This document shows, one piece after another, positions 1-11,150 of a stretch of 64,000 nucleotides of DNA. Below the pieces are notes generated by a model. The model searched no databases, was not told where the DNA came from, and saw only the letters and a list, made by a program, of their open reading frames with translations. Source of the DNA: Malacoraja senta (taxonomy: Eukaryota); NCBI GenBank assembly GCA_038087875.1, contig CM075977.1, positions 161,200,001-161,264,000 of the forward strand. The letters run 5' to 3'. Position 1 is the first letter of the stretch, and the number at the start of each line of letters is the position of its first letter. The position numbers were made by a program, and so were the translations under genes.

Positions 1-365
1 TACAGTAAATGCACCAATCTTGTTTCTTTGATCACACTGCAGCCTCCAAAAAAAACAATATCGCTGAAAACAGAAAACTGTCAATAGACATCGTTTCTTT
101 AGGCAACTTTCTTTCCATGACTTTACTTAAATGAATAGCAAAACATAAAAAACTAAATGAATTAATTTTACTTTGGAGCTTATTTTTCACCTTTATTTGA
201 ATAATTGCAAAAAAAAAATTCTCTGCTACACAAGGCTCTGAAATTCAAAGGTTCATTTGTGGTCAACACATGATCTCAAACAACTTTCTCAGAAGATTTC
301 CGTTAGGCTTTTTCACTTTGTCCTCAGAAATTCAGAAAGGTTTTGATTATTTGGCTTTACAAATG

Positions 366-552
366 TCATAGTCATAGAGTCACAGAACACAGAAACAAGC
401 TCTTAGGTATAAGTTGTCAATGCTGACCAAGATATCTTTCCAGATTAGTCCCATTCACCTGCATTTGGCCATATCCCTCTAAACCATCTTCATCCAGAAG
501 TCTGTCCAGATATCATTTGAACATGATAATAGTACCTGCCTCTATAGCTTCC
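366..552 (-). mobile_element. CR1-type LINE 3' fragment
   Basis: Resembles the 3' ends of the larger CR1 copies in this window (catag-repeat tail, ccatatccctctaaacc). Confidence 0.6.
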
Positions 553-858
553 TTTAGTTTAGTTTAGCTTAGAGATACAGCGTGGAAACAGGTCCTTCGG
601 CCCACTGAGTTCACGCCGACCAATGATCCCCACACACTACACACTAACACTATCCTACACACACCAGGGGCAATTTACAATTTTACTAAGCCAATTAACT
701 TACAAACCTATACGTCTTTGGAGTGTGGGAGGATACCAGAGTACCCGGAGATTGTCCCTAGTGCGTGTAGGATAGTATTAGTGTGCGGGGAATCGCTGGT
801 TTGCGCGGACTCGGTGAGCTGAAGGGCCTGTGTCTGCGCTGTAGTTCAAAACTAAACT
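553..858. mobile_element. Two HE1-like SINE 3' halves fused in inverted orientation
   Basis: 553-750 is a minus-strand SINE 3' part and 751-858 a plus-strand 3' part; both match SINEs at 25057 and 47000. Confidence 0.8.
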
Positions 859-968
859 ACAGGTCTGGTTCATGTCACACAAACTAGTTTAATACATGGC
901 ACACCTTTATTGCCATGTCCAATTACTCAGGATTGCATACATTATTGTTTGTCCAAGAAAGAACTTAC

Positions 969-1085
969 ATGTTGGAACCATGGGAAAATGCGTCCCTTTG
1001 GACGGTAGCGGCTGTCGACAATGCTCAGCAGCGTCTCCACCACCATGGATATCCAATGCTTTGTCGGCAAGACATCGGCCCCAAT
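969..1085 (-). CDS. FOCAD: FOCAD exon O (last in window): IGADVLPTKHWISMVVETLLSIVDSRYRPKGRIFPWFQH
   Basis: gtgcag acceptor, gtaagt donor; 117 nt; gene continues left of the window. Confidence 0.94.
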
Positions 1086-1199
1086 CTGCACAAGTAATAA
1101 TTCAGAGTGTAACCCGTGCACAGATAATATCTCCTCCAATATTTTTTGATAATATATAAAATGTTAAGAAAACCCTATAAAACACTTTACCCTTATATT

Positions 1200-1790
1200 A
1201 GAGGGGATAAATCAAATTAGTATCAACGATGTAGAGGGTAGAACCCGAAAGTATATCTGAGATGGATTTCTAGACCACTGTGTTGAGAAACTGTTGAGGG
1301 AACAGCCTATTTTAGATTTAATATAGGTAGTTCTGCTATAATGCGTTTTCATAACACAAATTGGATACAGCCCCAGTGATGAGGTGGGGAACATTATTTG
1401 CATTATGCAGCTGAATTGGTTATAACGCAATTTTGATCAGGAACTAGAGAACCACATAAAAGTTCCTTTGGAAATTGACAAGCAGAAAAAAAAGATATTT
1501 TGGATTTAAACAGAATAGGGGAAGAATCCTGTAACCCCCTCCCCTGTGCAGTAAACAAAATGGCGTTATATAACACGGCTTGTACTGTAAACGTGGGTGC
1601 CACTTAAATTGACAAGCAATTGCTTCTAGTGACATTAGTACAATAATGACTAAACAACGTAACATATCAGTAAAACTAGTCCAATGAAGGATCAGAGGAG
1701 AAATTAAAGATCGTATTAATTTTAAGGAAAATGCTTATAAAGATGCCAGAAGGTCATTAAACATGAAGATTGGCAGTATTTTAGAATTTA
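1200..1790 (+). mobile_element. Highly decayed CR1 ORF2 fragment (endonuclease/linker region)
   Basis: DGFLDHCVEKLLREQPILDL resembles the CR1 APE motif FLEQ.V.EPTR..AILDL; boundaries approximate. Confidence 0.45.
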
Positions 1791-1953
1791 ACTAAAGATG
1801 TCCAAAAAATGACAAAGAAAGGAAAAATAAAGAGAACAAACCAATGAGAAATATAAAAACAGATGCCCGGAAATTTTAAAGGCAAGTACACAAAATGAAA
1901 ACACTACCAAGGGCAAGTGCCAGAGACCCATGTTCAATCTTGACATTGGGTGC

Positions 1954-3023
1954 ACAAAAATGCTGGTAAAACTCAGCGGGTGCAGCAGCATCTATGGAGC
2001 GAAGGATAGGCAACGTTTCGGGCCGAAACCCTTCTTCAGACTGATAGGGGGTGGGGGGAAGAAAGGAAAAAGGCGGAGGAGGAGCCCGAGGGCTGGGGGA
2101 GGGGAGGAGACAACCAGAGGGCTGATCAAGGGGAGGGGACAGCAAGGGCTAGCAGAATTCGGCGAAACGATCGCCAAGCCTCCGCTTGGTCTCACCGATG
2201 TAGATCAGCTGGCATCTAGAGCAGCGGATGCAATAGATGAGGTTGGAGGAGATGCAGATGAGGTTGGAGGAGATGCACCTGGAACGACTGCTTGGGTCCT
2301 TGAATGGAGTCGAGGGGGGAGGTGAAGGGACAAGTGTTGCATCTCTTGCGGTTGCAAGGGAAAGTACCAGGGGAGGGGGTGGTATGGGAGGGAAGGGAAG
2401 AATTGACAAGGGAGTTACGGAGGGAGCGGTCTTTGCGGAAGGCAGACATGGGGGGAGATGGGAAGATGTGGCGAGTGGTGGGGTCACGTTGGAGGTGGCG
2501 AAACTGACGGAGGATCACTTGTTGTATGTGATGGCTGGTGGGGTGAAAGGTGAGGACTAGGGGGACTCTGCCCTTGTTGTGAGTGGGGGGATGGGGAGAG
2601 AGAGCAGTGTTGCGGGGTATGGCAGAGACCCTGGTGCGAGCCTCATCTATGGTGGAGGAGGGGAACCCCTGTTCCCTGAAGAATGAGGACATTTCAGATG
2701 CCCTGGTGTGGAACGCCTCATCCTGGGAGCAGATGCGGCGTAGACGGAGGAATTGGGAGTGGGGGATGGAGTCCTTACAGGAAGCAGGGTGGGAAGAAGT
2801 GTAGTCCAGATAGCCATGGGAGTCGGTGGGTTTGTAGTGGATGTCGGTAAGGAGTCTATCACCTTCGATGGAGATAGTGAGGTCAAGGAATGGTAGGGAA
2901 GTGTCGGAAATGGTCCAGGTGTATTTGAGTGCCGGATGGAAGTTGGTGGTGAAGCGAATGAAGTCAGTCAGTTGTGTGTGGGTGCAGGATGTGGCACCAA
3001 AACAATCATCGATGTAGCATCGA
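1954..3023 (-). mobile_element. 5'-truncated Penelope-like element (RT + Cys linker + GIY-YIG), with hammerhead-bearing tail, inserted into a SINE
   Basis: YIDD, FLD, YKPTDSHGYL RT motifs; CNRKRCNTC linker (Neptune-like); LIYCIRC..YIGETKRRL GIY-YIG; about 20-bp TSD tcaatc(a)ttgacattgggtgc at 1934-1953 and 3024-3044; internal 21-bp tandem duplication 2236-2277. Confidence 0.9.
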
Positions 3024-3320
3024 TCAATCATTGACATTGGGTGCTGTCTGTGTGAAGCTTGCATGTTCTCCCTGAAACTTTTGGACATTTTTGTAGTAAG
3101 GGATAATACATTATTGTGTGGGTTTCCTCTGGGTGCTCTGTTTTCCTCATGCATCCCAAGGATTTGTAGGTTTGTAGGTGAATTGGCCTCTATAAACTGC
3201 CCATAGTGTGGTGGGAGTGGATGCAAAAGTGGGATAACAGAACTCGTGTGAATAGATGATCGATGGTTGGCATGGATACAGTGGGCCGAGAGCCAGTTAC
3301 ATGCTGTATCTTTCAATCAA
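3024..3320 (+). mobile_element. HE1-like SINE body (head at about 1900-1953, split by the Penelope insertion)
   Basis: ggtgctgtctgtgtg..gcatgttctcc..gggtttcctctgggtgctc core shared with the other SINE copies. Confidence 0.75.
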
Positions 3321-3718
3321 AGGACCAAATGGCTTATTCCTGCTACTATTTCTGATGTTCTCATGAGAAATGTCATGCATTTCACTCTTTATAAATTAGG
3401 TATATACAATATATTAAAGCAGAAGGATATTCTTGGTTACTGGATTTGTTGCCTGTATACAAATTTTACTCCCCACCTGTTCTTTCTAAATTTGGTGGCT
3501 AATGCATTATGTGAGTCCTTTTCAATCCTCAACATGAATGTCTATGATGTCTGCTTTTTGAAAAACTGTGGGTTACCATGGGTTTGGGAGGACTGGGACC
3601 AAGGGTCAGAGGTGGGCCAATTTCATTCTTTTAGCTCACTAAAAAAAATCTATCCCCAAATGCTGAGAACAAAAAGATGCAATAATAGTTTATGAAACCA
3701 CCAGTGGAATATACCTAC

Positions 3719-3827
3719 TTCAGGGACATCGTTGATTTCGGATGGCAAGCTACTTTCATATTTGGCCACCGTCACAGCAAGTCCTGTTAAGGCAAGGATG
3801 GAATTTCCCTGCACAACCGGGCTGTCC
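3719..3827 (-). CDS. FOCAD: FOCAD exon N: DSPVVQGNSILALTGLAVTVAKYESSLPSEINDVPE
   Basis: taacag acceptor, gtaggt donor; 109 nt, phase 2/0. Confidence 0.94.
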
Positions 3828-4530
3828 CTGTTAACCAAACAGAAGATCAACAAGAAATTCACACGTTTTTTTATTAAGCTACAACCATCATATGTAGAAG
3901 CCAGTCATTGTGCGATGGTTGATTGATCTTCGTGCTTGAGCTGAATGATTATCCACTGCATCACAAAGATCCAAATCCAGGTAGACTGGAGGATTTAAAG
4001 CCCTTTTCTCTGCCACCAATCCAAGCCTTTGCGAAATAAGGATGGGCAACTTGAAATGCTCACAGGTATGAACCCAAATATTATGTCTGTAATTCAATTT
4101 AATTCCTCAAGCAGACAAAATAGCACATGTTTGCAGTAAGAGATTATACATTATTCACATAAAGCAGAAAAACACTAAGCTTAAACATGGTTTGCTTAAA
4201 GCTGATAAAATCTACAAGTTTAAGCATTTGACCAATACTGTAGATTGTAAATGAGAGTTACTAGCTTGGCATTGCAATAAACAAATATTACAAGTTATAC
4301 GAGCTACTGGGGAAGTTTTAATGTGGGGCTTTCTATTCTTAAATCAATGAAAAATGTTGTTAAGATATATGTTAAAATCACAGTCATCATGTAGGTCATC
4401 CTGTAATTTAAACTATGTTGATGGATGAATATGCTGAAAATGTACTGACTGAAATGAGATTATCTTCAGAACTGGACACAAAATGCAGCAGTAACTCAAT
4501 GGATCGGGCAGTACTCTCCAACAGTTGGAA

Positions 4531-5333
4531 GTGCGGCGGCGCGACTGCAGCGGCCCCTACAGCCTGTCTGTCTTTTATTTATTTTTGTCTAGTTAAATGT
4601 AGTTGTTTGTGTTTTTTTATACTGTTTTTAACTGTGTATATGTGGGGGGTGGGAGGGGGAAACTTTAAAAAATCTCTTCCCTGCAGGGGAGACCCGACCT
4701 TTTCCCTGTCGGGTCTCCGTTGTCGTTGGGGCCTAGCTCCGTGGAGCGGCCTCCGACCGGGACGACCTGGGGGCTCCAGTCGCGGAGCCTGCGGAGCTGC
4801 GGACTTACCATCGTGGGGCTGGCCGACCTCGGAGCGTGAGGAGCGGTGGTGGCTCGCTGCTGCAGCCCGACTCCGGAGCTCCAGCTGCAGACCTGTGGAC
4901 TATGATATCGGGAGCTCGCGGGTCCGAGTGAGAGACCGCTTTCCGGAGCTCCCGCAACGCAACTTCTCCCGCCCGTGTCGCGGGGTTGGAACGACCTGGA
5001 GCGGGGCCGTAAATCGCCCGGCGCGGCTTTAATGGCCGCAGGACATTCCAGCGCCCGCCGAGGGCTCCAACTTTGTGATTTTTGGGCCCGGAGCGAGGCC
5101 GTACACCGCCCGGCGCGGCCTCAACGGCTGTGGGACTTAACATTGCCCGCCTGGGGCTTCAACATCGGGAGAAAAATGGTGCAGGGGAGAGAAAAGACTT
5201 TGCCTTCCATCACAGTGAGGAGATTCACTGTGATGGATGTTTTTCTGTAAATTGAATTGTATGTGTGTCATGTAGGAATTGTTTTGTTTGTATGGCTGTG
5301 GAAACGGACTTTCGTTTGAGCCTCTTTGAGGTT
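4531..5333 (+). mobile_element. GC-rich non-autonomous retroelement, copy 1
   Basis: Shares its 5' head and 3' hairpin/tail with copies at 21113, 21544, 27750, 29255 and 44584; splits a Penelope tail (4474-4530 / 5334 onward). Confidence 0.7.
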
Positions 5334-5506
5334 GATAGGTGACGTTTCGGGTTGGGATCCTTCTTCAGACTGATTGTGCGGGGAGGAAGGGGGGGTGGGT
5401 TGGAACTGGAAACAAGAAAAGACCAGGACAAACCAGGACTGGCAAAAGATGATCTCAGGCAGGAAGGTTCCTTGATAGGCTGCCTGTTGGCTAGATGTAA
5501 TCCTAA

Positions 5507-5981
5507 TGGGCATGTTCCACTTAGGCGATTTTTTAGGCGACTGCAGGAGACTTTGCAGTCGCCACATGTTCGCAGGTGGTTGCCGAGGAATCACCTTCAT
5601 GGTTGTGAAGAGTTCCCACATTCTGGGAACTGGTCGCGGCCTCATTATGGTCGCCGAGAATCTTTCAACATGTTGAAAGATTAGCGGCGACTAGAATGAA
5701 GCCGCCATGGAGAGTAGCGAGAATTCTCGAGCCGTAGGTGGGTCGCAAGGAGGTCCTAGTGGGTTGCCAGGAGGTCGAAGATTCTCTTAGGTTCTCGTAG
5801 GCTGTAGCCGGTGCTGACCGGTGAATTTCATTGGCTCATTGGGAGAAAAAAAACGTAAGGAGTAGTTTTCAGAACCAAGGATAACCAACCGGTAATGTTA
5901 AATGTCCGCCGAGCTTCACAGCCGTGTATCTCTGGGTTCTTAAATGTTGTGTGGCTTCTTAACAGTTGTCTCCACTCCTTC

Positions 5982-6068
<87 letters not shown>

Positions 6069-6098
6069 GTGTGGAAAATTGCTTGTGGGACCGGCCTA
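5507..6098. mobile_element. PIF/Harbinger-like non-autonomous DNA element
   Basis: Imperfect TIRs tgggcatgttccac / gtgggaccggccta; TAA on both sides; empty-site paralog at about 8950-9005 (gtgtaatcccaagaggg in reverse). Confidence 0.75.
5985..6072. repeat. (GT)n microsatellite with short (GC)n interruption
   Basis: Directly visible; explains the poly-VC/TH ORFs. Confidence 0.98.
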
Positions 6099-7219
6099 TA
6101 AGAGGGAGACATTGTTGCTAACTATGGAACTGATTAACAAACTTTCAGTGAGGAAAAAGGGGAGGGGGGGAGGAGCCAAGGTGGTAGGGAAAGTGAGTTG
6201 TACGGGGAGGGGAGTGTTTGTGGAAGTTTCTTACAATTGGAGAATTCAATGTTTATTCAACTGAGTTATAAGCTACCCAAGCAAAATATGTTTGGGAATG
6301 GGAAGGAGATTTAAAACGGTTAGCAACCAACAGATCCAGTAGACGTTGGCAGACTGAGTGCAAGTGCATAGCAAAACGGTCTTCGAGTCTACGCTTGGTC
6401 TCGCCGATGTACAGGAGGCCACATCGAGTACACCAGATGCAGTAAATGTGGTACAGGTGTTGCATCTTCTGTGGTTGATGTACGTGGGGAGGGGATGGTT
6501 TGGGTGGGAAGGGATGAGTGAACCGAAGTAGTTGCAGAAGGAGCTGTCTCTGTGAAAGGCGGAAAGGAGTGGAGATGGGAAGATGAGATTCGTGGTGGGA
6601 TCACTTTGGAGGTGATGGAATTGTGTGAGGATGATGTGTTGGACGTGAAGGCTGGTGGGATGAAAGATGAGGACCAGGGGAATTCTGTCCTTGTTGCGTC
6701 AGGGAGGAGGGGGAGCGAGAGTAGAACTACGGGACACAGAGGAGACACGTGTGAGGGACCCATCTATGACAGAAGGGGGGAAAACCACATTCACAAAAGA
6801 ATGAGGACATCTTGGATGTCCTTATATGGAAAACCTCATCTTAGGAGCAGATGCAGCAGGGATGGAGGAATTAAGAGTAGTGGATAACATCTTTGCAAGA
6901 GGCAGGTTGGGAAGAAGTGTAGTCCAGTAGGCTGTGGGAGTCAGTAGGTTTGTAGTTAACGTCAGTCAATAGCATTCTGTGATGGAGACAGGGAGATGAA
7001 GAAAGGAGAGAGAGGTGAAAAGGATAGTCCAGGTGAATTTGAAAGCAGGGTGGACGTTAGTGGTGAAGTTAATAAAGTCAATGAGTTCTGCACAGGTGCA
7101 GAAGGTAGCCCTGATGTAGTCGTCGATGTAGCAGAGAAACATTTAAGGGATAGGGACAGTGTACGCTTGGAATAAGGACTGTTCGACATAAAGGCAGGCA
7201 TAGCTGGGGCCCATATGAG

Positions 7220-8379
7220 CAAAGTTACTTGAGCGGAGCAAGATGGATCACTCTGCGAAAAAGCCGTAGTAGCTGATGGGTAATTTTCAGCGCCATTTCC
7301 GTAACCGGCTTCTGTCATGGCGGCATCCACATCTACAAGCGGAGCGTACTGCTCTGCTATAATTTGCTCGAATCGCCAAATGTAGGTGACCCGACCTGTC
7401 TTTCTTCAGCTTCCCCACGAAAAAACGAAAGGTGAGAAAAAATGTATTACTTTCTGTAGTGTAGTGAAAATATTATTTAGCCTGCCTGATCTCTCCTATA
7501 GCTCAGATAGTCGAGTCGTTGCCAGGACTCGACTATCTGAGCTATCAAGTGGGAGAGATCGGGCAGGCTAAATAATGTAATTTCTTTCTGCCTCTCATAC
7601 AAATTCAGCTTAACATCTAGACCAAAGATCGTAGAAGGGACTATGATCTTTGATCTAGACTGTTACACCTGTGCAGCTCCCATATCTAAGGGAACAACGA
7701 CATGCCACGAGGAGCACACATTAAAGCCTTAACTTCCTTCCCAATGAATGATGACTGTAACCATATACATATAACATATACAATTCTATTCTTATGATCC
7801 CAACAATGTATTATATTATATGACATCATTTTTTTACTTTATATATTAATGTCTCTGTTAATGTCCAGCATCCTTTTTGCTTTATTAATTGCTCTGTCAA
7901 CCTGCCCCACCTCCTAAAAGGATTTATGCACCTCCTGTACATTTTTCTTTTTGTTCTTGTTGTAAGGCATGCATGCTAGTGTAAGAAGATTGTAATAAGC
8001 TCTTCTACATTTAAGATAAATTGACATATTAGAGGAAAAATGCATCTTCAATATACATGTCTCTCCCCACCCCTGAAATTTTTTTTTGCATTTAAGTGAT
8101 ATGTCATCCATTCTGCAGGTATGTAGTTATAATCAAATTTGTTCTTATAAGTTAATCCTATATGTAATTCTTATGTTAATCTTATAATAAGATTGTTCTT
8201 ATAAGTTAATCCTATATTTAAAAACACACAAACTGTTCCCCCGCAATGCTGATTACACTGCGAGAGGCAGGTCGGGTCGGGTTTACTGAAATGGCGGAAG
8301 TTACGCTCTGTTGCATACTACACTTCAGTCCATTGGATTTTGCACGAGTGGTCTATCTTGCTCAGCTCTAGTATCTTTG
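7220..8379. mobile_element. Non-autonomous DNA transposon with CAAAG termini and 8-bp TSD (P-superfamily-like)
   Basis: About 34-bp imperfect TIRs (caaagttacttgagcggagcaagatggatcactc vs reverse complement caaagatactagagctgagcaagatagaccactc); TSD catatgag at 7212-7219 and 8380-8387; removing it restores the Penelope RT motif. Confidence 0.85.
7623..7652. mobile_element. 30-bp micro TIR element nested in the P-like element
   Basis: caaagatcgtag-aaggga-ctatgatctttg (11/12 TIR match) flanked by identical 8-bp atctagac at 7615-7622 and 7653-7660. Confidence 0.75.
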
Positions 8380-8806
8380 CATATGAGTGCCCATGGCTAC
8401 ATGTTTTGAGAAACTAAGGGGAGTCAAAAGAGAGGTTGTAAATTTTCGTGCCTTATTTTTGGGTAAAAAATAGCGTCTTCATTGCCGGGAAATACGGTAT
8501 TTAAAAACATATTGCTCAAAGAAATGTACTTACCACATTATTTGTACACAAACTCCATTCTTCTCTCTTTGTTTCTTAAGATACTCTTAAGATAATGACA
8601 ATCCATGTTTGAAAAATCTGCCAAGAAACTTGCACTGCGCATGCGCAGTAGGCTGCTGCGCATGCGCAGTACGCTGCACAGCACATGCATGCAGTCCACA
8701 GTGCAAAGGCAGAATTTCTGCTACCTTTATAGACCGTTGTCATTGAAGGCTTGAAGCAGTGTCGACAGCACGTGAGTTGCGCATATTTTCGCGTGTACCG
8801 TGAATG

Positions 8807-8876
8807 AAAGGCACGGGAGAATTATGCCTACCTAAGAGATCGATCTCTTAGGTAGGCATAATTCTCCTGTGCCTTT
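8807..8876. repeat. 70-bp loopless palindrome
   Basis: Arms match 34/35, centre between 8841 and 8842. Confidence 0.95.
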
Positions 8877-8939
8877 ACTATTTATATTTAATAATCACCA
8901 TTTTATAATTTTAGTCAGGGTAGACACTGCCTACCCTGA

Positions 8940-9230
8940 TGGCACATGCCTGCCCTCTTGGGATTACACCGTCTGTAGCCAACTGGCAGCCTATCAGGGA
9001 ACCACACTGCCCAAGGTCACCTGTTGGCGACCCTGGTTAGTCCTGTCTTTTATTAATTCAAGTTCCACCCCTCCCCCTGCACATACAATCAGTCTGAAGA
9101 AGGGTCCCAACCCGAAACGTCACCTATTCCACCTTCTCCAGAGATGCTTTCTGACCGGCTGAGTTACTCCAGCATTGTGAGTCTATCTTTGGTATAACCA
9201 GCATCTGCACTTCCTTTTTATTTCATTTCC
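8940..9230 (+). mobile_element. Penelope pseudo-LTR/tail with hammerhead core at 9094-9121
   Basis: Reverse complement of 5334-5506; ctgaaga-a-gggtcccaaccc-gaaacgtc. Confidence 0.8.
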
Positions 9231-9402
9231 TTATAACTACCAGACATTAAAAAAAAGAACATTATCATGTAATAAAACATCTTAGCTCACAAAAAAATAT
9301 ATATGCTGAGTAAAGTGGTTTTATTCAGAAAGGTGGGGAGGGCAAAAACAACACAAGACTCCAAATGAAAACATTGTGCTCAATAATGCAAGCTTTACTT
9401 AC

Positions 9403-9444
9403 TTTGATGCTGATTTAACTACGTCAGTTAGCATGTCCCTCGCC
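9403..9444 (-). CDS. FOCAD: FOCAD exon M (42-nt small exon): (W)ARDMLTDVVKSAS(K)
   Basis: caacag acceptor, gtaagt donor; phase 2/2 links exons L and N; RDMLTD motif. Confidence 0.9.
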
Positions 9445-9674
9445 CTGTTGAAGAGAAGCAAAAATAAAATCTAAATCTATAAATTATAGATGCCACAAAT
9501 CTGAACCAAAATCAGAAAATGCTGCAAAACACTCAGAAGGTAAGGCCACATCTGTGGGTAGAGAACATGTTTGAGATCAAAGAACATTTAGCAGAACTGG
9601 GACAAATATTAGATTAACAGTAATTTCCATCCCTTTCTGACCCTTCCACATTACTCTTAAATAAAAATTCTTTA

Positions 9675-11150
9675 TTTATACGATAGAACTTTATTTATCC
9701 CAGGAGGGAAATTGGTCTACCAACAGTCATAAAACATGACAATATACATGAACATGAAATTAAAGTGATGAGTGGAAAGTTCACGATTGGGGATGTGCAA
9801 AGATTGGTTGGGGGGGGGGAGTAAGGGGAGTGAATCTACCCCACGACAAGAGAGGAGTTGTAGTTAGATAGCCACAGGGAAAAAGGATCTCCTGTGGTGT
9901 GTTGTGCTGCATCTTGGTGGAACCAGTCTGTTGCTGAAGGTGCTCCTCCGGTTAATCAGTGTGTCATGGAGGGTTGAGCTGTATTGTACAAGATGCTCCA
10001 CAGTTTGAGGAGCATCCTCCCCTCCAAGACCACCCCCCCCCCCCCCCATGACGGGGCCTGTCTTCCTGATGAGCTTGTTAATTCTGTCGGTATCTGCCGA
10101 CTTCGCCCTGCTGCCCCAGCATATGGCAGCGAAGAAGATGACACTGGCCACCACCGATTGATAGAATATCTGCAGCATCGTACTGCAGACGTTGAAAGAG
10201 CAGAGTCTCCTCAGAAAGTACAGAGAGCTCAGTCCCATCTTATACAGGGCCTCAGGGTTCCTGGACCAGTCCAGTTTACTGACCATGTAAACTCTAAGGT
10301 CCTTGTACTCCTTGGTAAATTGCACATCCACACCCTTGAAGGAGACTGGGCACAAGGGCGTTCCCCTCTTCCGAAGGTCCACCACTAACTCCTTAGTCTT
10401 GTCGGCGTTGGGCTGCAGGTTATTCAGCCCACACCACTCAACAAAATCGTTACTGTATTCAGCTTCAATCCCCTCACTGATGCAGCCCACTATTGCAGAG
10501 GCATCCGAAAACTTCGTCATGTGCCAGGAGTCCGAGCAGGACACCAAAGGAGCATTCATCTTCATCAGTTTGCTCCCTAGCAGTGCCTAGGACGGGATGG
10601 TGTTAAAAGAGCTGGAGAAGTAAATAAACACGACTCTCACAGTTCCTCCCGGCTTATCCAGGTGAGCATAGGAACGAAGGAGCAGGTGGATGATTGCGTC
10701 CTCAACCCCCACCTTTGTTTGGTAAGCGAACTGCAGGGGGTCCAGGTATGGTTTATCCAGCGGTCGCAGGTGAGTGAGCATCAGTCTCTCCAGGGACTTC
10801 ACAATGTGTAAGGTCGGCACAACTGGTCTGTAGTCATTGGATGTTGGGATGCGTCCTCTTTGGTACAGGAACCAGGTAGGATGTTTTCCACATCACAGGA
10901 ACCCTCTCCAGGCTCAGTTCAGATTGAAGATATGCTGGAGTACTTCGCACAACTGGCTGGCACACGCCTTGAGTACCCTAGGGCTGACACCACCGGGACC
11001 CGTGGCTTTTCCTGGGCAGAGTCTGCTCATCTCTTTCCTCACCTGCTCAGCCTTGATGGTCAGGTGTGACAAAGAAAGGGCAGAGGAAGTGGACCAGGGG
11101 GATTGAGGGGGAGAGTCTGTCGAGGAGCAGGGAGGAGGGTGTGCCCCTTC
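9675..11150 (-). mobile_element. Rex1/Babar-clade LINE, decayed 3' portion with internal deletion
   Basis: LDPLQFAY..GVEDA, KTKELVVD, SKLDWS, LYFLRRL.SFNVC, FYQSVVAS motifs; 3' AATAAA tail near 9690. Confidence 0.8.

Larger units (their letters stand above)
5334..8400 (-). mobile_element. Decayed Penelope-like element 2, interrupted by Harbinger-like and P-like DNA elements
   Basis: IYCIWCTRCGLLYIGETKRRL (6253..6465); YIDD near 7110-7130; VAMGTHM|GPSYA motif rejoined across the 7220-8379 insertion. Confidence 0.85.

Noticed and set aside
2216-3316. 366-aa ORF as a novel gene
   Set aside because: Chimeric read-through: the N-terminus is antisense SINE and the remainder is truncated Penelope RT
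4415-5250. Long overlapping ORFs here and at 27783-28502 and 29303-29832
   Set aside because: Stop-poor GC-rich repeat, open in several frames on both strands, with no protein similarity between copies
5828-6264. Poly-VC / poly-TH ORFs
   Set aside because: Translation of the (GT)n microsatellite
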